The notes under the pieces were generated by a model that was not told the DNA's origin, did no database searches, and was given only the letters and a program-made list of their open reading frames with translations. A program made the translations under genes and the position numbers. A stretch of 64,000 nt of DNA. It comes from Mobula hypostoma. Its lineage: Eukaryota. The stretch covers positions 249,118,001-249,182,000 of the forward strand of contig NC_086097.1 of NCBI RefSeq assembly GCF_963921235.1, given 5' to 3'. This document shows positions 51,270 through 63,146 of this stretch, one piece after another (position 1 is the stretch's first letter; the number at the start of each line of letters is the position of its first letter).

Positions 51270-52620
51270 GGGGGATATTTGACAGAGGTAAACAAAACCA
51301 TGAGGACTATAGACACACAGGGTAAATACAAGTAGCCTGCTCCCACTGACATTAGGTAAGACTACAACCAGAGATTGTGGGTTAAGGGTGAAAGGTGAAA
51401 AGTTTAAGGGGAACATGAAGGGAAACTTCTTCACTCAGAGGGTGGTGGGAGTGTGGAATGAGCTGCCAGCACAAGTGGTGCATGCAAGCTTGATTTCAAC
51501 ATTTAAGAGAAGTTTGGGTAGGTACATGGATGGTAGGGGTATGGAGGTCAATCAATGGGAGTAGGCAGTTTAAGTGGTTCAGCATGGACTAGACGGGCTG
51601 AAGGGCCTGTTTCTACTGTACTACTCTATTCCCCCCCTACCCACACCCTTCGCCCACCATATCACCTCCCTTATCTGGCTCCGTTTGCTTTCCATCTTTT
51701 AGTTCCCGTTACCACTTTCCTAGGCTTCATCTACCCATCACTCACCCACACCATCTCCAAAGTCTATACCTCAACCTATCACCCCTCCACCCCACCAACC
51801 CAACATCTACCAGCCCTCTCACCGTGCCCCCGCCTCATTTTACTGGGCATCTTCCTCCTCCACTCTCAGTGAGAGGATAAGAGGTAGATTACCCCCCCCC
51901 CCATAGAGAGTGGTGGGTGTGTGGAACATCCTGCCAGGGTGGCAGATACATTAGGAGCATTTTGAGACTCTAGGCAGGCACATGGATGAAAGAAAAATTG
52001 AGTTATTCGGGAGGGAATTGTTAGATTGATCTTGGAGTAAACTAAAAGGTCAGAACAACAAATGTGGGCTGAAGGGCCTTACTGTGCTGTACTGTTCTTT
52101 GTCCCAATTCTTTTCCTCCCACAGGTGTTGCTCGACTTGCTGAGGGCCTCCAGCAATATTTTTTGTCCATCAAAAATCCTTTAACTATGCCCATGTCCTT
52201 TTTTAAAATCGTATACACCTACCATGGGAAAATGATTCCACCTACTGTATAAACCTCTTATAATTTTATACCACTATCAGGTCATCCACAGTCTCCTTTC
52301 TGCAAGGGAAAGCACGCCTTGCCAACACAATCTTCTCTTAATGCCTGGATGTTGGCATTTAAGGCAACACCCCATTGGTATCCTTGTGTGCTTGAGTTCA
52401 AGAGGTAATTATGCAACTCTATAAAGCTCTGGTCAGAGCACCCTGGGAATATTGTGTTCTAATCTGGTCACCTCATTATAAGAAAGATGTGGAGGTTTTA
52501 AGAGGGTGCAGAGATTTCCCAGGATACCGTCTGGATTAGAGAGCATGCTTTATGAGGATAGGTTGAGTGAGATCGGGCTTTTCTCTGTGAACTAAAGGAG
52601 AATGAGATGACCTGATAGAG
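51270..52620 (+). mobile_element. CR1 3' fragments (~51270-51620, 51905-52095, 52395-52620)
   Basis: ggaaacttcttcactcagagggtggtg and gaatattgtgttctaatctggtcacc CR1 motifs. Confidence 0.78.
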
Positions 52621-53923
52621 ATGCATCCTTTGCTCCTACCAGATTTACAAACTCACTCTCTGCTCCATGTTGACAATACAGTACTGTGCAAAAGTCTCAG
52701 GCACCCTAGCTGTATATATTTTTTCTGTGTAGCGATATGTTCTTCCCCCTCATATTTCAATAAAATTTCTCTATTTGCCATGTTCGCATTAATTTCCCCG
52801 TTCATCAGCATTCATTAGTGTTACATTTGTTCATCATCAACATTCATTGGTGTTACATTTGTCCATTTAATACACACATGCTGTCCCCGTTTGACTTGCT
52901 AAAATTTATTACCTCGCACTTGTCGGGATTAAATTCCATCTGCCAATACTCCACATGGCTTTCCATCTGATCTAAAGCATGCCTGAGAGAATCTTCCTCA
53001 CTATCCACACACAATCATTTCTTCTACATTCAAATCCAAATCATTTGAGCACTGCCTGGATCCTCACCATCCAGGCTGAGCTCTCTATCTCTACTACCAT
53101 CAGATGGGAGATAGAAAGCGGAGGTCTCACACCACCAGGTTCTGGAACTGATTACCACTCAACCACCAGGCTCCTGAACCACTGTGAAGATCTTCACTCA
53201 TCTCAAACCTGAACAGCGTCTACATCCTACAGACTCACTTTCAAAGACCGTTTACAACTCTCATTCTCAGCATTATTTTGTTATGCTCAGTCTGTCTTCT
53301 GCACATTGGTTGTTTGTCAGTCTTTAGGTATAGTTTTAAAAATTCTGTTCTATTTCTTTTTTTCCTGAAAATTCCTGCAAGAAAATAAAATTTTAGGGTA
53401 GCATAAGGTACCATGTTTGTACTTTGATGACAAATTTTTACTTTGAAGTTTGAACTTTGAAGGTCCACCTCCAATGCCTGTCGCGCACCACTAACCACAA
53501 GCTTCCAAAAAAAACAAAGGCACTTCCCTCACTTTCTATCTCCCATCACTAAGCCAATTCATCATCGAGTGGGTCATCTTGCCTTGAATGGAATTTGTCA
53601 GATGAACCACCTGACAATTTGAAAAGCAAAACCCAAGGCCAATAACAAAGGGCACGCTCCAATGCCTGAATAGCGATAACAAGTTTTGAAATCAATTAAA
53701 ATCCTGAAAACTGTGGAGAAGGTTTAATAAATAGCAACTGTTAAAAGTATAGATGTGATTTAAAGTTAACAATCTCTTTGACCTCCCACCATCAGGCAGA
53801 AGGCACACAGTATAACTGTTATAAGGGCAACAACTTCTTCCCCCACGCTGTGAGACTTCTGAATACTTTACTACCATTGAGTACACATTATTTATGACAG
53901 TATTATACGATTCTATATTTAAC

Positions 53924-54673
53924 TACGAGGGGTGATTGATAAGTTCGTGGCCTAAGGTAGGAGTCAATTTCAGAAAACCTAGCACATTCATTTTTTAACA
54001 TAGTCCCCTCCTACATTTACACACTTAGTCCAGCGGTCGTGGAGCATACGGATCCCTTCTTTGTAGAAGTGGTCCACGGCAGTCGTGATTGATAAGTTTG
54101 TGGCCTAAGGTAGAAGGAGATGAGATATTAACTTTAAGCTTTCTGCACAATCACTCAAAGGGTTGACCTGCACGTGCATGTAACAAGAGCTGTATAACTC
54201 ATCTCCTTCTACCACAAACTTATCAATCACCCCTGCTGTGGACCACCTGGAGGTCCAAGATGCTCCCCTCTCCACAAGGCGAGAAAGGGAACAGCAACAA
54301 TATATATCACGTACAGCACAGAAAAGTAATATTAACACATAACACATTCTGCAGATCTACTATTTGACAAAGTGCATATATGACATACGAGGTGTGGTTG
54401 ATAACTTGTTGTCCACGGGAAGAGCAAGGGCCGATACAGCTTGGCACCAGTGTCATCTCAGAGCAATGTGTGGTTAAGTGCCTTGCTCAAGGACACAACA
54501 TGCTACCTCGGCTGGGGCTTGAACTCACTACCTGCAGGTTACTAGTCCAATGCCTTAACCACTTGGCCATGTGCCCATATAGGAGGGGACTATGTTGAAA
54601 AATAAATGTGCTAGGTTTTCTAAAATTGACTCCTTCTTACCTTAGGCCATGAATTTATCAACCACACCTCGTA
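53924..54673. mobile_element. Palindromic mariner-type MITE with internal insertions
   Basis: TACGAGGGGTGATTGATAAG...TTATCAACCACACCTCGTA. The first ~90 bp are mirrored at 54579-54673; internal TIR copies at ~54083 and ~54220. Confidence 0.85.
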
Positions 54674-55117
54674 TGTCATATATGCACTTTGTCAAATTGT
54701 AGATCTACAGAAAGTGTTATGTGTTAATATTACTTTTCTGTGCTGTACGTGATATATATTGTTGCTGTTCCCTTTCTCGCCTTGTGGTGAATCATGCAGC
54801 AGCTTTTCTATTTCCATAGCATTTGACTATTTTTTTTTAAACGAGGCCAAGTTCTAGCTCAAAGCTGAACCCAGCACAGATGGAAGCATGCAAGGAGCCG
54901 GCCAGATTCCAGCCTGGGACCACTCACCTCAAAGCCAGGGGTTCTGATCCCACTACGTCACCATATACACGCACTGAACTTTGCGCCTTGGTCCTTGATG
55001 AACATTGTTTCATTTAGCTGTATACATGCCTACAGATGAATGACAATAAACTTGAACTTGCACAAGTTGAACGTGGTCGGAATGGTGGAAGGGAGTTTAG
55101 CAATAAACATCTTCCAA

Positions 55118-55518
55118 GAGGACCACACCTTATCCTTGGGTTTGGAGGCTTGAGTGTCTCAATGACCCAGAGAGCTATGTTGGCTGTAGTCTGGCCTTAT
55201 CCTTCAGCTCTTGGTAGGGTCACCAATACCAAACAAGTGAAAGGGTTCCAGGCCAGATTGAGTGGTCCACTGGTCCTACAGATTCAGCTCCGGGCTAACA
55301 ACCCTGCCTGGTAGAACTTAACTGTTACAGAAAGAGCACTGAGAATCCTTCTACATCAGAGGGTAACAGTATCCTGAGTCTCTGCCCGGGATTTGCATGA
55401 CTGACAGTCGTGAAAACAGAGAGGAAGCTTCTGAGATGAAGGAAGCCCTGACCACCACCAGAGACAGAGGGGCTTCACTGTTGCTCTAAACGCCTGTGGT
55501 GTAACGGGCAGTAAGTAA
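55118..55518 (+). mobile_element. RTE-derived bipartite non-autonomous element
   Basis: ctcaatgacccagagagctatgttg 5' part resembling RTE/Expander 5' UTRs; (TAAG)n tail. Confidence 0.65.
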
Positions 55519-55859
55519 ACAATAAACAAAACACTGGTGAAACACAATTCAGGATAAATATCCAGAAATTTCATCTCAAACTAAATTATGTATATAATAA
55601 AAACACATCATCCTCAAAGACACTGTCATATGCCTGGGAAAGTTACTTTTTGGTTAAGATTTCTATTCCTTCAGACAACTCTATGCCAAGAAAGACACAT
55701 GGATGAAAGAAAATATGGAGGGCTATGTAGAAGGGATAGATTGGATTGATCTTAGAGTAGATTAAAAGGCTGGCACAACATTGTGGGCTTAAGGGCCTGT
55801 ACTGCTCTATGATTTGGAAATAAATTGATTTAGGCTTTCAATTAAGATATTCCTGTTGT

Positions 55860-56645
55860 GTGCTGTGTACATACATCTATTGATGCCTCTGGACACATCT
55901 TCAATGATGTTCCTGGAATCATCGGGTGTTTCGGGTCTTTCAACATCATACAACCTCCTCCAGGTGACCCAGCCGGGGCTGATCAGACCCCAGCTTGTGT
56001 CCAGATGGCTAGCTACTTATGACTCCATGGCTCCCCTCTTTTGAGCCACAGCCATCTTGAGGCCCTCTCTGCCGCATCAGTGGTACTGCGGATGGCTCTC
56101 CTCTTCCTCTCTCCCTCGATGCCCAAAATGCTGAAGGCTCTAACTAAAGAACGGGCTACAAATCCCCTACAACCAACCTCCACTGGGAGACACCTCGTTC
56201 TCCATCTTGCAGCTTCCCATCAACCCCTCCCTTCGCCGTTGCCTCCAGAATTTGGTTAACATCTTCATCCAACTGCTTCCACAGTGAAGTCATGTTAGCT
56301 GCAGGCCATTTGATCCGCCTCCTGTTAGACTTCATGTTAGAGGCATTAGTTTGCAACACTTGGAGGTTCCGGGCACTATGGAGTGACTCCGGGCCTGGCC
56401 CCTCCTTCGTCTCACCAGGTTGGACACCTGCGGGTTGTGCCGCTCCTGCTCCTGCCAGACACTTCATCCTCGCTTGATGGATCTTCAAGCCGCGATCGTT
56501 CTTGCAGATTTTGTCACATGCACACTGCTTCCTCATCGTCGTTTGTTCATTGCCTGGGTCTGACGTCGTTGTGTCCATCCGACTGGGGTGCTCATCCTTC
56601 CCCCCCCCCCCCGGGCACCCCAGGGGCACCTTTTCCTTAGATTCT
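55860..56645 (-). mobile_element. Internally deleted HERO/R2-type non-LTR element
   Basis: N-terminal zinc finger CACDKICKNDRGLKIHQARMKC and RRRIKWP..WKQLDEDV, joined at ~56207 to the C-terminus WRTRCLPVEVGCRGF..AAERASRWLWLKR (stop 56013-56015), then the 3' UTR. Confidence 0.85.
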
Positions 56646-56975
56646 AAGCTGTGCAAAGAGAGTGGTAGGCCCAGATGCATTAGGGACATTTAAGGATCTT
56701 TTAGACGGGCACATGGATGATAGATAAATGATGGGCTCTACAGGAGTGAAGGGTTAGAGTAGTTTAAAAGCCCAGCACAACATTGTGGGCTGAAGGGCCT
56801 GTATGGTGCTGTAATGTTGAAAATGAGTCATACAGCTTCTCAACTGGTTTCTCTTGTAGGCAGACAAGCGTGTCAGTGGAATATTGCAGGCCAGAATTGC
56901 CTTGTTGCAAGCTTAAGTTCTGACAGGAAGGAGGAGACAACAGATTCATTGATCACTTATCTAGATGATAGAGAG

Positions 56976-56987
56976 TTTATTTTTAAT
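56976..56987 (-). terminator. Tandem poly(A) signals ATTAAA+AATAAA of TGFBR1
   Basis: Plus strand tttatttttaat, with upstream TGTA motifs (tgtaca near 57007 and 57078). TE-derived sequence resumes shortly beyond. Confidence 0.6.
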
Positions 56988-57526
56988 CAGGTTTTGTCAG
57001 ATGCATTGTACAATGCCAATACTTTCAGTAAGCCATTTAATTTAGTATCTAGCATTGCCCATCTCTGTTGTGCACATTGTACAAAATACCATGATTTGAA
57101 AAACCAGGGAGTTGTATTACATAATTTATGATAATAGAACTTTAGGAAGAAAGAAAAAAAACGTTGAATGCAGCAGATTTGCTGACTTCAGTATATTTCC
57201 TTTTTCCATACACACTAGCTGTAAAGCTGTACCTCCAATGGAAAAGAAACAATGCAAGGGCAGCATGGATACTTCCTGGATCAGCAACTTTATACAAACA
57301 ATACAAAGGAATATCTAGTATACAATAAGCCAGGCGCAATACATACACAAGACACTTCAGTACCATGGACAGATACAGGATTTTTAAATTAATACAGCAT
57401 CCATATTTTATATAAATCAACTTGAGTTTGCAAACGTGCTGAGTTACTGAACCTAATCAGTGTGATATGATATATTTATATATATTAAATATCTTTGTGC
57501 ATATATATAAAATATCACAAACACAG

Positions 57527-57533
57527 TGAGGTA
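57527..57533 (-). promoter_or_regulatory. let-7 7mer-A1 seed site, overlapping a miR-128-type CACTGTG
   Basis: Plus tgaggta = TACCTCA; plus cacagtg at 57522-57528. Confidence 0.5.
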
Positions 57534-60500
57534 AATACAACTTGGTCATTCCGGAGGTATCTTTAATTTAATGGAAAACTACATAAAAGGTTCAATTGCA
57601 TGGTTTGAGTGTAGAATAAGGGTAATACCAGATACACTGAAGGGCTACATGAAGAAACACAAGGCAAGTGGGACTGTCCTGGACAGGGCAAGTTGTGGCA
57701 CTCAATACAGGAAAAGAAAATACACAATGCTCCATAATCTGACATTAACATTACATATGTAGCAGTATTGTCTGCACTGAGAGTTGCCATGGGTAGATTT
57801 AGCATAGTAATAAACCAGCATATCCAATATGCACATTTAACATGCCACACAGATCACAGCAATTACTATGGTTTCAGAGGGAGGTGCGCATTTTGCTGCG
57901 CACATAAGCCAACCATACAAAACTTGTAATATGTTTAAGGATGTTTTCTGCCCTATACATTAGACCTATGACAATGTACTCAGTGATTACTTACAACAGG
58001 AATGACTGATGAGTAATTTTTTTAAAGACGAGCAACCACACATTTACCCAAGGGTTTAAGCAGCAGTTCTGCCACTTCAAGTGCCTCCATTGCTTGCAAT
58101 AATAATACTGTTTCTCAGCCAGGGAACTAAACACTTTGACATTAAGAACAAGAGAAAAGATCTGGATTTACTTGAACTAAATGCAACATTTACTATATAA
58201 TTTTGTCCACACTTTTCTTTTACCAGGTCTGATATATGTTAATCATAATATAAAAAGCTGTAGCAATAAAAATCTTTTCTTACTGTGGGCTTTCTTATTT
58301 GAAAATATATAATATATGCAAGCTAAGTTAAAACTAAAAGTTAGACTAACATATTATAGAATGGAGGTAATTTTAATGCAACCAGGTAATATTTGGTTAG
58401 TTGCGTAGTTGCCAAATTCAAGGAACAATACTGCACAGTAGTGCTGTAATAAATACAAGTTGCTAAAGTCACTTCATCCTTGGGTTTAATTAGGATGTTG
58501 AACCTTTGAAGCTATCTTCACAGGCTTGATAAAGCACTCAGTAATCAATAAATGCAGTGTAAGAAGTGCATCTTAAAGTTGTGAGGGGGTGGGATTTTGT
58601 TTTGGGGCTGTTTTTTCCCTCAAAAAGCTGTTAGCAGACTAAGTGCTCCAAGAGAAATAAACAGTAGGCAGGCAGATAACCTTGGATTTACACACAGTTT
58701 GAGAACTTATCGTGCAACCTAATAAGGCCTGTGATGGCTTTCTTTTGTGCAAATAAAGAGGCAGATTCCAAGTTGCAAATGTTGTAGAAGGTAATAGGGC
58801 AGGAAAGATACCCTTAAGAAACACCTACTGCAATTTCATAATGTGCCGCAGAAACATGGCCTCAGAAATTAACAGAATCATCTAATAAAGCCACAGTGGA
58901 AGTATTCAAGCACAAAAAAAATCTTCCCCTTTGTCCTCAACTCACCTCCCCCCAAACACAAATAAAATTCATTCTGGGGTTAAAAAATACAGAAACATTG
59001 CTCGGATAGAAACTGAGCAGCATGGAAATCATAGGGGAAAATAATTTGCAGGAAGAAATTGATTTAATTCAGATTTTGAACTGCTTTGCTAACTTGTTCC
59101 TGCAAAACATTGCCTTTTCAAAATCCAAGATCTGGTATACTCCAGATAGAAAGTTCATTTAAGTAACTATAGTTACAATTCTAAATTCATTAAAGCTAAT
59201 GTGATTTTAATGGCACTGATAAGAAAGTAAAATGTTTTCACTTCAAAAAGATGGCATGATAAATTGCAAACATTTAATGCATTGAATAAGACTTGGTTGG
59301 GTCATTAGTGTTATAATGCAAAGAGAGAAAAATAGGCAAATATTTGTCAAGATAAATCTACATACTATCCCATGTACAATAACAATCAATCGTTTGACTG
59401 CTATTATTTAGTGAGAAAATGCATTAGAATTTTATTTGGTTGAGAGGCATTTCTATTTTAAAAGTCTAAAATGGCAAAATAACCATTTCTTAGCAAAAAC
59501 TAAGCAACCTTTGACTACTAGTGGAACCCCAACCCATCCCCATCTAATACTTTCTCCTCCCCACCACAACCTAACACCCCCGCCCACCCCAAGAAAAAAA
59601 GGAAAGCCTCCATTATCAGGGGACCAAGTTTCAGAAGTGTAAGTACGTTCCTTGCTATTTTAAGTAGCTGCTCCACCACAAACCTATGAGCAACAGAGGT
59701 GCACATTCCATTTCTGGCGTTCATGAAGAGAGGGGTATGCATCTAGAGCACGCAATTAGGAATCGACATTCGTAAGTTTAAAAACAAGAACTCCAAAGAT
59801 GTAAGTGCAAAAATGTCCAGTTAAAACGAAGTTGAACTTATCAAATAAAACCTGCCAATTGAAGCCCCTCATCTAATTATCTCTAAACTTAGAAATTATC
59901 CGTGATTACGATAGTGTTTTTCTTTAAAATAGAAGGTGTGGCTACCATTCATAGGCTTGAATTTGTGTATCTACTTCAATAACTCACAATATACTAACAG
60001 CCTCATCTCCGCAAATAGCAACAGCTTTCAATTTTGTTCCCAGAAGAAAAATACAGGCCATTTCAACATGGTGAAGTAGCTTTTCAAACCAAATGTGGTG
60101 TAGAATTCTTGACTCAAAGCTTTAGCAAACAAGGTGATGATAGATTGCAAGGCATCAACATTATAATCACTATGTTGAATTTCTAAGCAGTGAAACTAGT
60201 ACTCAACCCTTAGAGTACTTTTTTGTGTGTAATACTGTATCTTGCACAGAAATTTCATTCCTTTGCGGGACTAGCCCCATTACCAGTCTCTCCAAAATTT
60301 TTGGGGCAGTATTGGTAAAGGCCGAAGTGTTCCAGCTTTTCTACTATTAAGACCAATAATAAAACTTTGTCGTCAAGTTAAATGTTAATTAAAAAACCCT
60401 ACGCTACATAATATGTCAATGTCCTGGGAAGGTGGCGTTCAGTGCACAGAGTGGAGCTCAGCCTGCACCCAGCACGTCCATTAGAGAGCTTTGTATGGTG

Positions 60501-60564
60501 GGAATTTCCTATGTGACTTAGAAAATGCGGTGCAGACAGAGTGATCCATCTTCTGCTCCCTCGA

Positions 60565-60572
60565 TGAGGTAG
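60565..60572 (-). promoter_or_regulatory. let-7 8mer seed site
   Basis: Plus tgaggtag = CTACCTCA on the mRNA strand, 79-86 nt after the TGFBR1 stop. Confidence 0.75.
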
Positions 60573-60650
60573 AACAAGAATCCCTTCCAACAGAACTGCA
60601 ATCCAATTGCAGTTAGCATCCTGTCAACTTGATCTCCGGACTGCCTGTGA

Positions 60651-60809
<159 letters not shown>

Positions 60810-61544
60810 TTATACTGTCTAGTTGTAGATATACTAACAAGATCTCCAAGTTACAGACTGCCTGCACACTGTGATTAAACAATGCAAATCTGATTTCACC
60901 CATTTCCCAAAATGGGAGTAGAATGCCTAAACAAAAAAAACATTCATAAACTAGAATTCAATACGAAAACCAGAGATTTTTAACTATTCATCATTTAGAA
61001 TACAATAGTGATAATTTTAGTCATCAAATGCCATTAAAGATACTGCTATTTTACCTCTGTAGTCACTCTCTCATATACTTGGATGTATCCTTTCATGTGC
61101 AAAACCAGGCAGCTCAAGCGAGGATGTTTTACCATATCGCTGCCAGGCAAACAATCTTGCAGTCGTAGCACACTACAGCATAGAAACAGGCCCCTCGGCC
61201 CTTCTAGTCCATGCCTAATATTCTGCCTAGTCCCACCGACCTGTACCTGGGCCACTGTCCTCCATACACCTCCATTCCAAACCTTTTAAATGTTGAAATC
61301 TACTCTTGATTTCTGTCCTTGTCCAACACAAAAGTGTTAGCACAATTTATAGTGACATTAATGCAAGCACTGGTTGGAGAATCAGCAAAGCCCTTGTATA
61401 CTTAGTAAAATCTGCAATTAAATCTTTCAAAAAGGCAACAACATTTATCTCCAATACAGTAAATTTATAATAAGAGTAACATTTATAAAATAAAATTAAA
61501 AGAAAATTAGAAAATAGTGTAAATTAAGTTCAAGCAAAAATTAG

Positions 61545-62230
61545 ATTAGATTAGATTATGAGGAAACTCAGTCCTCGTTTATTGTCATTTAAAAATGCAT
61601 GCATTAAAAAAATGATGAACATTCCCCCAGAATGGTATCACAAGAAAACACAGGACAAACCAAGACTAAAACTGACAAAACCACATAATTATAACATATA
61701 GTTACAACAGTGCAAAGCAATACCATAATTTGATAAAGAGCAGACCATGGGCACGGTAAAAAAAAATCTCAAAGTCCCGAAAGACTCATCATCTCACACA
61801 GACGGTAGAAGGGAGAAACACTCCCTGCCATGAACCTCCAGGCGCCGCCAACTTGCCGATGCAGCACCATTGGAAGCACCCGACCGCAGCGGGCTCTCAG
61901 TCCGTCCAAAAACTTAGAGACTCCAACCAGCTCCTCTGACACAGCCTCTCCGAGCACCATCCTCTGCCAAGCGCTTCGACCCCGCCCCAGCCGCCGAGCA
62001 ACAAGCAAAGCCAAGGACTCGGGGCCTTCTCCTCCTGAGGTTCTGGACCACACAGTAGCAGCAGCAGCAAAGCAGGCATTTCAGAAGTTTCACCAGATGT
62101 TCCTCCGTACTCTCATGTCCGTCTCCATCAAATCAGGATTGTGCACAGCACCCTACTTGACAAATAACAGACATCACCACTGGAGTGGCCGCTGCGAGCT
62201 GCGTCACGTCTCCACCTTCTCCTTCTCCTT
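61545..62230 (-). mobile_element. Unclassified non-autonomous retroposon in the last TGFBR1 intron
   Basis: (AATCT)n tail; tail-proximal ~190 bp shared with 8331-8520. Confidence 0.55.
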
Positions 62231-62822
62231 AACAATTAACAGAATTAACAATGTTCCTGTTGCATTCACAAGCACATCTCATTGAGCAGCCTAATGAACT
62301 GATTAAACACAGCACAATAATTATAGAATACATGGAATTTCAACTCATTTTAGAAATCACAATCTTATACTGTTGCCAGCTGGTGACGTAGTGGCATCAG
62401 CGCTGGACTCCGGGGTGAGAGGTCCCGAGTTCAAATCCAGCCGGCTCCTTTGCACGCTCTCCATCCTGTGTCAAGTGTCGAGCTAACAACTCGACCTCGT
62501 AAAAAAAAAACCTGAAGAGGGATGGGCTCACCAGGTTTCAGATGCCCAAGACACGCCGTACGACGAGCATACCAAGAAGATCGGTGCAAAAAGCTTGTCA
62601 TGATGACGCCCCAACGACTCCACCAGGAGTTAAGGGCGCGCGCGCACACACACACACAAAGCTTATATTGTGTTCTGCTCAACTAGGTCTCAAAGTATTC
62701 CGTCTCCCTCCCTCTCATTCCATTTTGTCAAACAGTGCCCCTTGCCAGAGTATGAATCTTCTGTTAGTTTCTCATACTCCATGACAAGAGACCATCCAGT
62801 TCAATCGTTTTCATCACTTTAA

Positions 62823-62928
62823 CCTCAGCACCTCTTTCAGGTTACCCATGACTATTTACTAGTTGCCTCAGCCCCTCTTTCAGGTTATCCATGACTGATT
62901 ACTAGTTGCCTCAGCACCTCTTTCAGGT
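62823..62928. repeat. 43-bp tandem repeat, ~2.5 copies
   Basis: cctcagcacctctttcaggttacccatgactatttactagttg units start at 62823, 62866 and 62909. Confidence 0.9.
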
Positions 62929-63065
62929 AACAACCAGCTCTCACCAAATCCCCACTTCCTTGTAACATTAGCAACCTGGGTTCAGTTCGCACTGCTGGGA
63001 ATTTACTACAGGCCACGGTCATAATGAAGTTGTTCTTGCATTGGTGTGGCCTGATTCTCCTAGCT

Positions 63066-63146
63066 CAGGAGTTCCCAACCTGGGGTCCACAAACCCCTCA
63101 CTTAATGATAGGGGCCCACTGCATAAAAAAAGGTTGGGAACCCTTG
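63066..63146. mobile_element. Short hAT (Charlie-like) MITE next to a CR1 3' end (63147-63410)
   Basis: TIRs caggagttcccaacct/aggttgggaacccttg; 8-bp TSD tcctagct/tcctagat. Confidence 0.82.

Larger units (their letters stand above)
56955..60650 (-). other. TGFBR1: Putative TGFBR1 3' UTR (~3.7 kb)
   Basis: AT-rich with no recognisable TE, running from the stop codon to tandem ATTAAA-AATAAA. Contains several miRNA seed sites. The exact end is inferred. Confidence 0.7.

Noticed and set aside
55118..55175. HDV-like ribozyme at the 5' end of the RTE-derived element (also ~29575)
   Set aside because: Some RTEs carry one and a hairpin followed by CAAT is visible, but I could not build the P1/P2 double pseudoknot by eye. 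A covariance-model search would be needed.
55880..55990. Hammerhead-like words (tgatg..gaaac) in the HERO 3' UTR
   Set aside because: No intact CTGANGA box with correctly placed helices in this copy.
15200..56800. ALG2 or SEC61B exons expected 3' of TGFBR1 from human synteny
   Set aside because: No matching peptide was seen in the ORF track or by eye; very short exons could have been missed.
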